Under the pieces are notes generated by a model. That model searched no databases. It was not told where the DNA came from and saw only the letters and a program-made list of their open reading frames with translations. From Candidatus Jacksonbacteria bacterium RIFOXYB2_FULL_44_15 (GTDB taxonomy: Bacteria > Patescibacteriota > Patescibacteriia > UBA9629): 64,000 bases of DNA. Below, piece after piece: positions 36,972 through 47,131 of the stretch. The translations under genes and the position numbers were made by a program. Position 1 is the first letter of the stretch. Every line of letters begins with the position of its first letter. The stretch covers positions 17,609 through 81,608 of the forward strand of contig MHJY01000010.1 of NCBI GenBank assembly GCA_001818235.1, read 5' to 3'.

Positions 36972-37535
36972 TTACGAAACCCGCTCGACATATTCGCCGG
37001 TTTCGGTATTAACCCTGATTAAATCACCCTCTTTAACAAATAGCGGTACATTAATTTGATAGTCCGTCTCCAAAGTAGCCGGTTTAAAAACAGTCCCTGA
37101 GGCAGTATCGCCCTTCACTGCCGGTTCGGTTGATTTTACTTTTAAAACTACTTTTGGGGGTAAATCAACATCAATTAAACGATCTTCATACTGCACTAAT
37201 GTTACTCCCTGTCCTTCTTTAATAAAACCTACTTTATCGTCTAAAAGTGATTTATCGACCGAAATCTGCTCAAAATTAGCCGTGTCCATAAAATGCAAAG
37301 CTGTCTGATCCTGATACAAATATTCGGCGGCTCGTCTTTCCAATACCACCTCCTCAACTTTCTCGCCGGCCTTGAAATTAAATGTTAAAACGCTGTTTGT
37401 AAGCAAATCCCTAACCTTAATAGTCACCGTGGCCGAACCGCGGCCTTTATGAGTGTGGGAATAGTCCGTCACTTCTAACAAGGCGTCCTTATATTTAAAA
37501 ATCACCCCTTTTTTTAAATCATTTGGTTCTAACAT
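36972..37535 (-). CDS. efp: Elongation factor P
   Basis: DLKKG, KGRGSA loop, EPAVKGDTA, VPLFVKEGD, GEYVER. Confidence 0.95.
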   Translation of the reverse strand: MLEPNDLKKGVIFKYKDALLEVTDYSHTHKGRGSATVTIKVRDLLTNSVLTFNFKAGEKVEEVVLERRAAEYLYQDQTALHFMDTANFEQISVDKSLLDDKVGFIKEGQGVTLVQYEDRLIDVDLPPKVVLKVKSTEPAVKGDTASGTVFKPATLETDYQINVPLFVKEGDLIRVNTETGEYVERVS

Positions 37536-37734
37536 ACGGTAATAATGCCACTTCTCGGGCTTGTTTTATGGCTAAAGTCACCTTTCTCTGATGCTTAGCG
37601 CACAAACCGGTGTAGCGGCGGGGTAATATTTTCTTATAGTGCGAAAGGTAAAAATTTAAAGCTTCCGAAAATTTATAATCAATCAATTCGGCTTTTTCCA
37701 CACAATAATAACAATGTTTGATTTCTTCTTTCAT
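37519..37734 (-). CDS. rpsR: 30S ribosomal protein S18 (zinc-binding form)
   Basis: CYYC, IDYK, KILPRRYTGLCAKHQR, AIKQAR..ALLPY. Confidence 0.93.
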   Translation of the reverse strand: MKEEIKHCYYCVEKAELIDYKFSEALNFYLSHYKKILPRRYTGLCAKHQRKVTLAIKQAREVALLPYVRTK

Positions 37735-37866
37735 AATAGACAAGGTAATCTTAAGCTTCCCTAAGCCGGCAGTGGGGACAATTTATGTTGCCCAGAAAAA
37801 TCTACTAAATTAACACCGCCTAATCTTAGTTATAAGCGCAAGATAAATGTTGATGCAAAAATTATT

Positions 37867-38427
37867 TTAAAATGGTATGTCTTCCACCGAAACTTCGGCT
37901 TCTTCGTAATTCTCTTCGGAAATATCTATGGTCGGTATATCTTCCTCACCGCTTTTTGTCGGGGGAACATATGGCGCGTTGGAAGCCGCGATAGGGGTTG
38001 TTGCCATACCAACCGCTTTGTTTACCGTTGGACGAGCTGGGGAATAAGGGCTGGCAACTACTGGAGAAACAGCCGCGTTCACTGCACCGCCGGCGCCTGC
38101 CGGACGATCCAACATAATCATGTTATCTGCGACGATCTCAGTTTTGTACCTTTTAAATCCATTAGGATCATCCCAACTGCGAGTTTGCATTCTTCCTTCG
38201 ATGTAAACCTTGGTACCGCGTTTTAAGTATTGAGCGGCAATTTCTGCCAGACGACGCCAGGTTACAACTTCGTGATACTCCACTGTTTCCTGTCGATTGC
38301 CACTTTTGTCCTTGTAAACCCGATTAGTAGCAACACTAAAGGTAGCTACTGGTGTACCATTAGGGATGGTCTTAAGTTCCGGCTCCCTAGTCAAGCGGCC
38401 AATAATCATCACCTTATTTAAGTCCAT
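37867..38427 (-). CDS. ssb: Single-stranded DNA-binding protein
   Basis: LNKVMIIGRLTREPE; acidic C-terminus ending EDIPF. Confidence 0.97.
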   Translation of the reverse strand: MDLNKVMIIGRLTREPELKTIPNGTPVATFSVATNRVYKDKSGNRQETVEYHEVVTWRRLAEIAAQYLKRGTKVYIEGRMQTRSWDDPNGFKRYKTEIVADNMIMLDRPAGAGGAVNAAVSPVVASPYSPARPTVNKAVGMATTPIAASNAPYVPPTKSGEEDIPTIDISEENYEEAEVSVEDIPF

Positions 38428-38509
38428 AAGTCTATGGGGGAATTATGAATCGGTGATTAGGATTGCCTATAATCGCAATCCTAAAGACACTTAATTCACA
38501 ATTCTTGCT

Positions 38510-39136
38510 TTATAGTTCTATTTCCCCTCCTAAAATATCTTCTAATTTTTTGTCCAAATCTGCTAATGAACTTTTTTTAGCCTTAGTGGCCTTCTTCTCT
38601 ACAATTACCTCTGGGACAATCACACTTTTTTGGACTTCTTGCTCGGGAGTAGAGGTTTCTGTCGGTAAAGATATTTCTGGTTGTTCACTAATCTCTCTCT
38701 TCGCTGGAACCGGCTCGCGCAGATCTAAATTTTGTCTCTCCTTAGGAGTAGCTTGCTCGACAACGATTAGCGGGCTGGCAGGTTGCTTACGAGCTTCTTG
38801 GGCCTTTAACCGTACTCGCTCGTTAAAAATTTTAAGGTAAGCTTCCAAATCTTCGTGTTGTAGCACTCGACTCCGTAAAATGCTTTTGGAAAGAAGAATG
38901 CTTTTTTTTATTGCAGAAACGCCAGCAGGCGCAACTTTAAAATAACACAAAACATAATAAGCATGCTCGGCTTTTTTTATTGGATAAGCTAATTTCCGTT
39001 GGGTCCAAATTTCGTGGGAGAGTATCTCGGCTTGCTCTTTGGCAAGCAATTGGCCAATTTGATTCTTTATTTCTTCGACTTCACTTTGCGAATTAGTCGC
39101 TGGAACTAAATATAATAATTCGTATCCTAAAGACAT
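38510..39136 (-). CDS. rpsF: 30S ribosomal protein S6 with long C-terminal tail
   Basis: YELLYL, W.QRKLAYPIKK..AYY, ILRS; rpsF-ssb-rpsR order. Confidence 0.9.
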   Translation of the reverse strand: MSLGYELLYLVPATNSQSEVEEIKNQIGQLLAKEQAEILSHEIWTQRKLAYPIKKAEHAYYVLCYFKVAPAGVSAIKKSILLSKSILRSRVLQHEDLEAYLKIFNERVRLKAQEARKQPASPLIVVEQATPKERQNLDLREPVPAKREISEQPEISLPTETSTPEQEVQKSVIVPEVIVEKKATKAKKSSLADLDKKLEDILGGEIEL

Positions 39137-39307
39137 TGCCCTAAAACTGCAAAAATAAAATGTGCTTAAACGCATCTTACTTTACAGCTCGTTACAAGCG
39201 AGCAGTCTAAGTATGCAACTTAGACTATGGATATAAAGCCCGCCGCGGCCCATCCACTATTTTTGATTAGACAGGCGGAATTTAAAGTCATTTTTAATCT
39301 AGCATAA

Positions 39308-39706
39308 TTACTTTTTTTTGGCAAATTTTGCTAACAATATTTCGGTATCTTGCTCCCGAACAAAACGTTTTAGTATCAAAAAACTGATTAAAATGCCTGC
39401 TACGTCAACCAACCAATCATGCCAATTGCCGTCACGCCCGGAAATAAAACTTTGATGATACTCATCGGTTGCGGCATATAAAGCGGCTAAAATCATTGCC
39501 AACGGTAATACGGATTGTTTCTTTTTTCCAATAACCTTAACCAATAGCCAAGTTAAAATTCCGTATTCAACCATATGCGCCCCCTTGCGCAATATTAAAT
39601 CAACCCAATCTATAAGACCGGAGCGCAAATTCGGTTGATTCGATAAATAAAAAATAATTCCCATCCACAATAACAAGAGCAACGAATCTAAAAATCTTTT
39701 TAGCAT
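39308..39706 (-). CDS. VanZ-family membrane protein
   Basis: WMGIIFYLS, RKGAHMVEYGIL, YAATDEYHQSFISGR. Confidence 0.9.
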   Translation of the reverse strand: MLKRFLDSLLLLLWMGIIFYLSNQPNLRSGLIDWVDLILRKGAHMVEYGILTWLLVKVIGKKKQSVLPLAMILAALYAATDEYHQSFISGRDGNWHDWLVDVAGILISFLILKRFVREQDTEILLAKFAKKK

Positions 39707-39748
39707 AAAATTTGTATCAGAAAAAATTTAATGATATTATTATAAATA

Positions 39749-39846
39749 ACCGAACAAGTATTTTTTGCTTGCCTCAAACTCCCTTCGGTCGGGGTTCGGC
39801 TATGGCCTCACCCTAAGCTCGGCTTCGCAAAAAAAACTTGTTCGGT
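39749..39846. repeat. Palindromic element, intergenic relative of the murE insertion
   Basis: ACCGAACAAGT/ACTTGTTCGGT ends; GCCTCAAACTCC..GTCGGGGTTCG..CTCACCC.AAGCTCGG core. Confidence 0.75.
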
Positions 39847-39876
39847 CATCATAATTGCCTAACACGATTTAGTCAA

Positions 39877-40449
39877 ATGTATCAGTTTTACCGGTTACTG
39901 TCTTGGTTTTTTCATCCGATAATCACGCTGGCCTTAATGCTTTTTTTGGCCATCGTATTTTCTTTTACTGAAGGCCAACCGTTAATTCTCTGGTTAGGAG
40001 TCGGGTTTGGAATGATTTATGGCATTCCTGGAGTCTATTATTTTATTTTACTCTATCAAAAAAAAATCGACGTCGACGTAAAAAATTTAATTCAGCGCGA
40101 AAATTTGTTTAAAATCAGCATAATTACGCTAGCCGCCGTTTTTGTTTTGACAATCATTTTTACGGAGGCCGAAATTCTCCAAAAAATGCTGTTGGCGGCA
40201 ACCGCAATCAATCTGTTATTCATCATCTTTCTCAATCTGTTCAAGATGGAGTTGAGCATTCATATTTCGGCATTAACAGTATTAATAATTTTTTTAATTT
40301 ATTATGTAGCCGACTACTACTTAATCGGACTGCTACCGCTAATCTTAACCGCCATTTCTCGTTATAAATTACATAAACACACTGTAGCGGAATTGATTGG
40401 AGGATTTTTATCAAGCGCGATTATTTACATCTGCATCTTATTGCTGTAA
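39877..40449 (+). CDS. PAP2-like multi-pass membrane protein
   Basis: LSIH and SRYKLHKHTVAELIGG motifs; about 6 TMs. Confidence 0.65.
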   Translation: MYQFYRLLSWFFHPIITLALMLFLAIVFSFTEGQPLILWLGVGFGMIYGIPGVYYFILLYQKKIDVDVKNLIQRENLFKISIITLAAVFVLTIIFTEAEILQKMLLAATAINLLFIIFLNLFKMELSIHISALTVLIIFLIYYVADYYLIGLLPLILTAISRYKLHKHTVAELIGGFLSSAIIYICILLL

Positions 40450-40542
40450 ATTTAGCGTATCATTTTATAAGTTCGCTGTAAAAATGAGGCAAAATAAAAC
40501 AACTGGCGATTCGACCAGTTGTTTTTTTGTGCTTAATTCGAT

Positions 40543-42390
40543 TTAAATTGATGGCGGTGGCGGCGGCATATTATCAGAAAAATCACGCCTGCCTTTTTTG
40601 TGTCTTGATTTATCGTTTGCTGAAAAAGATGCTTTTTCCGACTCTTTAATCTTGAGTTCCTCCGTCTCTTTCAAATCCTCCTCCGCCATACCGCTTTCTT
40701 CATGTTCGACTGACATCATATCTTCCTCATCACTAAATAACTTATCAATTCCTTCGTTTAATAAACGGCGTTTCTGACCTAAATACCAAATCACAAAAAT
40801 GATTGCTAAACCTATCAAGATAACAAGACCTAGAACCAAAGGCCAGTTTGTCACCGCTCCGAGCGCAAAGCCAGATCCCCCGGTAGCTGCGCCTAATTCA
40901 ATTTTATTATCGTCTCCATCACCGGCGATAATTTCGCCTGAAACTTCTGGCGCCAAATCAGCAATTTCTCCACTTGCCCCCTCTTTTACAGAAATACCAT
41001 CTTGCCCAGTGGGCGTTTCACCGTTTAGTGATGGTGTCCCGCTTGTTTGGGAATCGGTTGGCTGCGGTGCTGGTTCTTTTACTGGTGCCAAACCACTAGG
41101 AAAATAATAAAGGACGTTAGAAATAAGACTGCCTTTACCCTGATCATCATAAGCTTTCGCGGTAATTCGATGGATCCCCGCCGTCGATGTGGCTATATCA
41201 AGAGGCGCCTCGAAATACAAAGTCCCTGACTGATCATTAATTGGCGTTACGACAGAATCTAACTTTCCATCAACAAAAACATGAATTAAAGAATCATTAT
41301 GCGCCACGCCTCCAACTTTTACCTTACCGGCGTCTTTTGTTATCCGAAGCAAGGTTGGCGGGATGTAAGGCTTTAAAGCTATAATTGATACTCCTTTGGA
41401 CAATTGACTAACCCGCCCATTCTTGTCTGCCGCTTGCGCGTAAATTAGGTGCTCTTTTCCTCTTTCTACGCTCTTTTTTAATTGATAGCTAAACCCCGCC
41501 ACGCCTGAGGAATGATTTAATACTGTTATTTCACCATCTTTGGCGCCATCCACGATTATTGTTATCGTACTGTCGTTATAAGCAACGCCAGTAATAACCG
41601 GCTTATCCTCAACTATTTTGTCATTATCTTGAGGAGAAAGAATGGTCGGCGTGGGAAAGTTAACAATCTCCAAGACTTTAACCTTACTTGGCAAGGATAC
41701 GCGCCCGGTTTGATCAACTGCCTGCAAGTATAATGAGTGCTGTCCCGACGTAATGGGCACTGACAAGCGATGTTTAAAACCGACAGCGCCAGATGGATTT
41801 GAGTTCAAGGTAAAAGTGTCGAATAAAGCGCCGTCAACAAAAAATTTAATAGTCGAATTATTATGAGCCACGCCTTGCAGATAGGCAAAGGGAGACGTAG
41901 TCTTTACATAATCAGCTAATAAAAACGTCGGCCCGCCGAAAGGAACAATATTAATGTTAATAGTTTTTGAAAAATCGCTACTAATCTGCCCTGTTTGATC
42001 AATGGCTTTTACTTTAATATCATGCTCACCTAAGCCCAACGGAATTGTCGGCTGCCAGGCAAAATTGCCAACACCAGAGGGATGATTAGAGGTTTTCACC
42101 GTTGCCGCTAAACTGCCATCTAAATAAATCTCGACAGCCGTATCATTAACGCTTACTCCAGCAATTAATGGCTTGGCTGTCGTTAATTTTTGCGCTTCTG
42201 GCAATAAAATTGTCGGCGCGATTACACTAAAAACAGCCTTTGATTGTAGAGGCAACGCGAGCGCTAACAATAAGACGCCGATTTTTAAAAAATTTACCGC
42301 TTTTGAAAATGTCGAACTTTTTTGTTTTTGTTTTTGCTCTGTGCTACGAGAACCATAACTAAATACACTAGCAATTTTTTGAAGGATCAT
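40543..42390 (-). CDS. Surface protein with four Ig-like repeats, C-terminal TM and acidic cytoplasmic tail
   Basis: Repeats of PT(I/F)L..G(V)A.N.S.I..(V)DG..SG...F..G.H......D..G; tail ends in PPPPPSI. Confidence 0.8.
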   Translation of the reverse strand: MILQKIASVFSYGSRSTEQKQKQKSSTFSKAVNFLKIGVLLLALALPLQSKAVFSVIAPTILLPEAQKLTTAKPLIAGVSVNDTAVEIYLDGSLAATVKTSNHPSGVGNFAWQPTIPLGLGEHDIKVKAIDQTGQISSDFSKTININIVPFGGPTFLLADYVKTTSPFAYLQGVAHNNSTIKFFVDGALFDTFTLNSNPSGAVGFKHRLSVPITSGQHSLYLQAVDQTGRVSLPSKVKVLEIVNFPTPTILSPQDNDKIVEDKPVITGVAYNDSTITIIVDGAKDGEITVLNHSSGVAGFSYQLKKSVERGKEHLIYAQAADKNGRVSQLSKGVSIIALKPYIPPTLLRITKDAGKVKVGGVAHNDSLIHVFVDGKLDSVVTPINDQSGTLYFEAPLDIATSTAGIHRITAKAYDDQGKGSLISNVLYYFPSGLAPVKEPAPQPTDSQTSGTPSLNGETPTGQDGISVKEGASGEIADLAPEVSGEIIAGDGDDNKIELGAATGGSGFALGAVTNWPLVLGLVILIGLAIIFVIWYLGQKRRLLNEGIDKLFSDEEDMMSVEHEESGMAEEDLKETEELKIKESEKASFSANDKSRHKKGRRDFSDNMPPPPPSI

Positions 42391-42682
42391 AAGGAAGCAT
42401 TAGACCTTATCCTCCTTTATAAGGATCACATTATATTAGCCACCTGCCTTTTGTAATATTGGCAAATAATTAATATATTATTTTTAGAATCTAATTGCTT
42501 CCTCGTATAACTAATACCACCTTAGGTAATTTTATTAAATTAGTCAAGTATTTTCTGTGGAAAACAAGTGAATAAAAAACCTTTCCCCTAAATCAAACCC
42601 AATCCTAAAACTAAAGGATTGGGTTTTGGCTAATTAATACTCCCCAAAAGCCTGCATTATTAATAATTTATTTTTTTGTTCT

Positions 42683-43174
42683 TCAACCACCAGCCACAAT
42701 TGGCTCTAAAGTGATTTTAATATTATCCTTTGCTTCATCATAATCAGTGGTGGCCGGATCGTTTGTCGTTTTGCCATCTGGTCCGGCAGATTCTAAAGAA
42801 CCACGTAAATAGTCACCATCCTGATCAATTGCTGGCGGTACCAAGGCATAACTTTTCCCCCAAGCATCTTCTTTCCAATTGGTCTCTAAATCGCTATTTG
42901 GAGCGTCCGTGAATCCTTCGGCTAAATAACCTTTAGTAACTAAAGTAGTAATGGTACTAATGGTATCGCCTGGATAATCCTGTTGATACGCCATTAAGGA
43001 ATCGCGAACAGCTTTCATTTCGTCCATTGTTGCGATCAATTTAGCCTGACTAATTTGATTAACCGCATTGGTTACTCCAGTACCAGCTAATACAGCCATT
43101 ACCGTAATGCTCGCCATGATTTCCGGCATGGAAATACCTCTCGGCTTTTTTAGCCGAGACCATGAAATATTCAT
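42683..43174 (-). CDS. Type IV pilin / pseudopilin-like protein
   Basis: Class III signal KKPRG|ISMPE followed by a hydrophobic helix; GspG-like DAWG..Y and SAGPDG. Confidence 0.8.
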   Translation of the reverse strand: MNISWSRLKKPRGISMPEIMASITVMAVLAGTGVTNAVNQISQAKLIATMDEMKAVRDSLMAYQQDYPGDTISTITTLVTKGYLAEGFTDAPNSDLETNWKEDAWGKSYALVPPAIDQDGDYLRGSLESAGPDGKTTNDPATTDYDEAKDNIKITLEPIVAGG

Positions 43175-43463
43175 TTATTATCACCCCCTTTCTATATCTG
43201 TGCGAAATATCTCGACCTTTCTTTTATTTTTATTTTTGTCTTTTGTATAACTTATCTACATCTCATAGCGCCGTCAAAAAATTATCAAGTTTGGTTTTTT
43301 TTGTTTTTATTTAGCGAAAAATTTTGTTTTTGTTTTGCTTAATGACGGCGCCTCTTTTTTTGCCTCCATTTTTTTATTAATTCTATTTTAGCATAAAAAA
43401 ATGAGTCAAGCAATAAAAAAATCGGTACCGAGATACCGACTAATGCATTGCTTATCTAGACTA

Positions 43464-44309
43464 CTAATGTCTAAAAGATTTAAGTAATTGAATATCTTCT
43501 AATCTTCGCCGATCAGAACCGGGCGTTTCTAAAATAATATTAACGCTTTGAAATTTTGGATGATTAATTAAAATTCTAAAACTTTCCAACCCAATTAAAC
43601 CGTCTCCTAAATCAGCGTGCCGATCTTTATGGCTATTACAGGGCACGGCTGAGTCATTAAGATGAACTAATTTAAGCTTGTTGAGTCCGATTGTTTCGGA
43701 AAAAAGCTTGATAGTTTGATTAATTGACTTTTCGCTATCTAAATTATACCCTGAAGCAAAAATATGTGCTGTGTCTAAACATACTCCAAGCGATTGTCCG
43801 GCATTGCTATTCAAAATTTCGCCTAATTCTTCGAATCGCGAGCCCAAAATATGCCCGCTACCGGCAGAAAGTTCCAGTAAAAGTTGACACGACCCCGCAT
43901 AATCCAAAATAATCTTTTCCAACGCTTTTTTTACCATTTTTATCCCTTCTTTCTGCGACAAATCACCGTAACTACCTAGATGAGTCATCAAATATTTAGC
44001 ACCTAGTAACGAGGCGCGCTCTAAATTCTTTCTGACCAAGCTGATTGAGCCGTAGCGAATGCGATTATCTAGTGAAGCAAAATTGACGAGGTAGGGTGCG
44101 TGAACGTAAAATTCTTGAATATCGTTTTTTTGTAGCGAAATTTTAAACTTTTTTATTTCTTCTGGCGTGGTAATGGGTGTCCGATACGTTTGCGGCGATT
44201 GCACAAAAATCTGCATCACTTCGCACCCTTGTGTTTTCGCTCTCTTGGCCGCCTTATCCACACCGCCAGCGACAGAAACATGCGCGCCAATTAGGGATTT
44301 TGGGGGCAT
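43464..44309 (-). CDS. nfo: Endonuclease IV
   Basis: IGAHVS, HAPYLVN, CLDTAH, HLNDS, DRH, ILETP. Confidence 0.95.
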   Translation of the reverse strand: MPPKSLIGAHVSVAGGVDKAAKRAKTQGCEVMQIFVQSPQTYRTPITTPEEIKKFKISLQKNDIQEFYVHAPYLVNFASLDNRIRYGSISLVRKNLERASLLGAKYLMTHLGSYGDLSQKEGIKMVKKALEKIILDYAGSCQLLLELSAGSGHILGSRFEELGEILNSNAGQSLGVCLDTAHIFASGYNLDSEKSINQTIKLFSETIGLNKLKLVHLNDSAVPCNSHKDRHADLGDGLIGLESFRILINHPKFQSVNIILETPGSDRRRLEDIQLLKSFRH

Positions 44310-44314
44310 AGGTA

Positions 44315-44569
44315 TTATATTTTAAATATGTATTGGCTATAAGTTTTGCTATCCCTTTTTTCTAAGGTCAAAATTTTAATACCGTTCTTTTGTTTACGAA
44401 ATATAATCCTCATCTCACCCTTTCGGACACGATATATATCATTCCGTCCTTTTAATTTTTTAACATCCAAACTGCTGACATCGCTTTGTTTTATCTTTAC
44501 TAAGAGTATTTTAAATAATTCTTTTTCCTTAGGCCGCAACTTACGCAAAGCTTTATCAATCTTATCCAT
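44315..44569 (-). CDS. RelE/ParE-family toxin
   Basis: VKKLKG..DIYRVRKGEMRIIF. Confidence 0.8.
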   Translation of the reverse strand: MDKIDKALRKLRPKEKELFKILLVKIKQSDVSSLDVKKLKGRNDIYRVRKGEMRIIFRKQKNGIKILTLEKRDSKTYSQYIFKI

Positions 44570-44574
44570 ATTAA

Positions 44575-44793
44575 TTACAACCGCTTTAACAATTCGTCAA
44601 TTGACACACCACCTTTTTTTATCTTTGTAAAATCAATAACTGTTTCCCATCTATCTTCCTCAATCGGTATAATCCTAAATAAAGGCTCAGATCGCTTAAA
44701 AACAATAAAATTTTGGCCTTTTTTAATCCGATCAACATAGGTTCCCATATTTTGACGTAAATCCTTTAATTTAACAATATTTTGCATATGCAC
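44575..44793 (-). CDS. Phd/YefM-like antitoxin
   Basis: LKDLRQNM..Y...KGQ.FIVFKRSEP; directly upstream of the toxin. Confidence 0.75.
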   Translation of the reverse strand: MHMQNIVKLKDLRQNMGTYVDRIKKGQNFIVFKRSEPLFRIIPIEEDRWETVIDFTKIKKGGVSIDELLKRL

Positions 44794-44907
44794 ATAAATT
44801 AACTTAAGTTCAATTTAAGTTTAACTTCATTTATTAAGTCTGTCAATAACAGTCTGCCAACGAAAGATTGACTTTCACACAAAAAAAACCTATCTTTATA
44901 TTATCCT

Positions 44908-44981
44908 TCCGGGATCGTCTAATGGTAGGACGCTAGGTTCTGGCCCTAGTAATCTTGGTTCGAGCCCAAGTCCCGGAGCCA
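44908..44981 (+). tRNA. tRNA-Gln (CTG)
   Basis: TCCGGGA/TCCCGGA acceptor stem; anticodon loop TTCTGGC; GGTTCGAG T-loop; encoded CCA. Confidence 0.95.
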
Positions 44982-45049
44982 TAAAAAAACTCCCATATTT
45001 TTGTGGAAGTTTTTTGTTATCTCAGTGAAATTTGTCTAACTCTACTTAA

Positions 45050-46960
45050 TTACTGCACGCCATTGTAAATTTCCTGCATTTCAGCGATGCCGGCTTTGGA
45101 AGTAACCCATTTGACTTTGGCCGGCACTTTGATTTTAGCTGTATCATAAGTGTATTTACAGGTCCGCTTTAGAGGCATAAGAATCTTGCCGGTTGGATAA
45201 TTAATACTGGCTTCAGTTTTGATCCATTGTTGAGTATCTTCATTAACATAGACCTTGACGCTAGCCATTTCCGGGCCAGACGGTGCCGTTGAATCAAGGG
45301 CATTCTGAATCAAGTTGTCAGTGCCATCTTTGGTGGCAACGGCCTTGTAAACGGCAGTACGCGTATTCCCAGACTTGTCCCAATGATCAAAAGCCATAGA
45401 CTTCTGGTCAATTCCATAGACTATGTTTTCATTTTTGGCATTCTGCAACATACTACTTGTCAATTTTTTTTCTTGAAAAACTTTCCAGACTTTACCGGCG
45501 TTGTCGCCGGAATAATATAATAATGTGCCGTTGATTATGCTACTCATCACTTTGGTACCATTATTAAAAGTGGTTTTTTCTCTGACAGCTGAAATTTTGG
45601 TGGGAGTGACCAAAGAGTCAATTTCGTGAACGCGAAAGATCGGGATGGCTTTTTGGTTGAGATAATCAACTACTACCTGTTCATCGGCGGTCAAAGTCTG
45701 CGCGGCTGTGGATTGACCGGCGGTGATAGTACAGTCGCTGGACCAGTTACTGGCAGTCGACGTTTTTTCCCATGAGGCATTGGTAAAATTAACGCCAGCC
45801 GGAATGTTGGCGTACCATGAGCTGTCAAGCTTGGTAGCATCAAATTTAGCGGGTTTGCCTAAAACGCCTTTGCTAATCACCAATTGCTGACCCTCTTTAA
45901 GAGTGGCTGAAACATTACCTTTGGCGGATTTGGCGGTTAATGAGCCTTTAAAAAGCGTCAAAGTGGTAGTTGCGGCTGTTTCATTAATTATAAATTGCGT
46001 ACCGCGGACAGCCACAACTGCTCCGCCATTAGTTCTGATTTTATATCGGCCATCGATAGCTGTTTTCTCCAAAAAGCGGAAAACACCATTGACCGTTTGC
46101 CAAACATTTTGATCAATGTACTTGATAATTGAACCTGCTCGCATATAAATACTTTGATCAGGCCTAATAATATTAGCCGGTTTGTCAGCCGGGGCAGTAA
46201 TTGTTTTGCCAGGTTTAAGATCAGAGGCAGAGTAGTATTTAGCGATCACTGGTGTCGGATTGATCGGTGTCGGCTTGATTCCAGTTGGATTGATTTCCGT
46301 CGGAATGATCGGTGTGGGGCTGACGGGAGTTGGACTGATGGGGGTCGGCGTGATCGCAGTCGGGCTGATTGTTGTAGGACTGATTACAGATGGAGTTGCT
46401 ACTTGTTGTTGCAGCTCCTGCGCATAGGCTGTCTCCAAGGCAATTATTTGATTCCAGACCTGATTCAACCTTTCAATTGCGCGGATATTATAGGCTCTTT
46501 TAAGCGAATCTTCAGTGGCAAGGTCAACATTTTTAACCTGATTTACGACTGAATTAAAATCATCATTGTTAACAGACACACTTGCATCATAAAGCGCTTT
46601 TGCCTGAGCATAAATGCTGGTGCCGTATAATCTATTCACTTCTGAACTCACCTGTGTATCTAGAGCTATTCCTTGCACCTGTGTATCGGCAGTAGTTCCA
46701 GACGGAGTTATTGTGCCTTTATCAGAAGGCGTAAAAGTCACGCCTGATTGGCCGCCCGATTCTGATTGGCCAGAAGAGCCTGATACCGGCCCAGATGAAC
46801 CAACATCAGGAATGCACATATCATAGCCAGATGCCTGCGTGCCACCTGAGAATGTATGGCTTCCAGCAGGACAAGTAATTAATGCCCGAGCCGAGTTAGC
46901 ACCACCAAAAGTAGCAATTAGAGTGATACCTAAAATATATAAAATTTTTTTCATAATCAA
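45050..46960 (-). CDS. Secreted FecR-like-domain protein with Pro/Thr-rich linker
   Basis: Signal peptide; (S/T/N/K)PTx(I/V) repeats; IRT..AVVAVRGTQF and LFKGSL FecR-like motifs. Confidence 0.7.
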   Translation of the reverse strand: MIMKKILYILGITLIATFGGANSARALITCPAGSHTFSGGTQASGYDMCIPDVGSSGPVSGSSGQSESGGQSGVTFTPSDKGTITPSGTTADTQVQGIALDTQVSSEVNRLYGTSIYAQAKALYDASVSVNNDDFNSVVNQVKNVDLATEDSLKRAYNIRAIERLNQVWNQIIALETAYAQELQQQVATPSVISPTTISPTAITPTPISPTPVSPTPIIPTEINPTGIKPTPINPTPVIAKYYSASDLKPGKTITAPADKPANIIRPDQSIYMRAGSIIKYIDQNVWQTVNGVFRFLEKTAIDGRYKIRTNGGAVVAVRGTQFIINETAATTTLTLFKGSLTAKSAKGNVSATLKEGQQLVISKGVLGKPAKFDATKLDSSWYANIPAGVNFTNASWEKTSTASNWSSDCTITAGQSTAAQTLTADEQVVVDYLNQKAIPIFRVHEIDSLVTPTKISAVREKTTFNNGTKVMSSIINGTLLYYSGDNAGKVWKVFQEKKLTSSMLQNAKNENIVYGIDQKSMAFDHWDKSGNTRTAVYKAVATKDGTDNLIQNALDSTAPSGPEMASVKVYVNEDTQQWIKTEASINYPTGKILMPLKRTCKYTYDTAKIKVPAKVKWVTSKAGIAEMQEIYNGVQ

Positions 46961-47131
46961 AAATTATTCTATTGATAATGTTTCCAGCCTTTGATCTTTG
47001 TTTCGGCCAGATGGATAAAAACTGCCTTTATTATATCTTATTTTCCAGCAACAGTAAAAAAGACTCGACTGAATTATCGCTCGGCTGTTGACTGATTACA
47101 TTAAAAAATATAAGATGATCAGCGATTTGTT

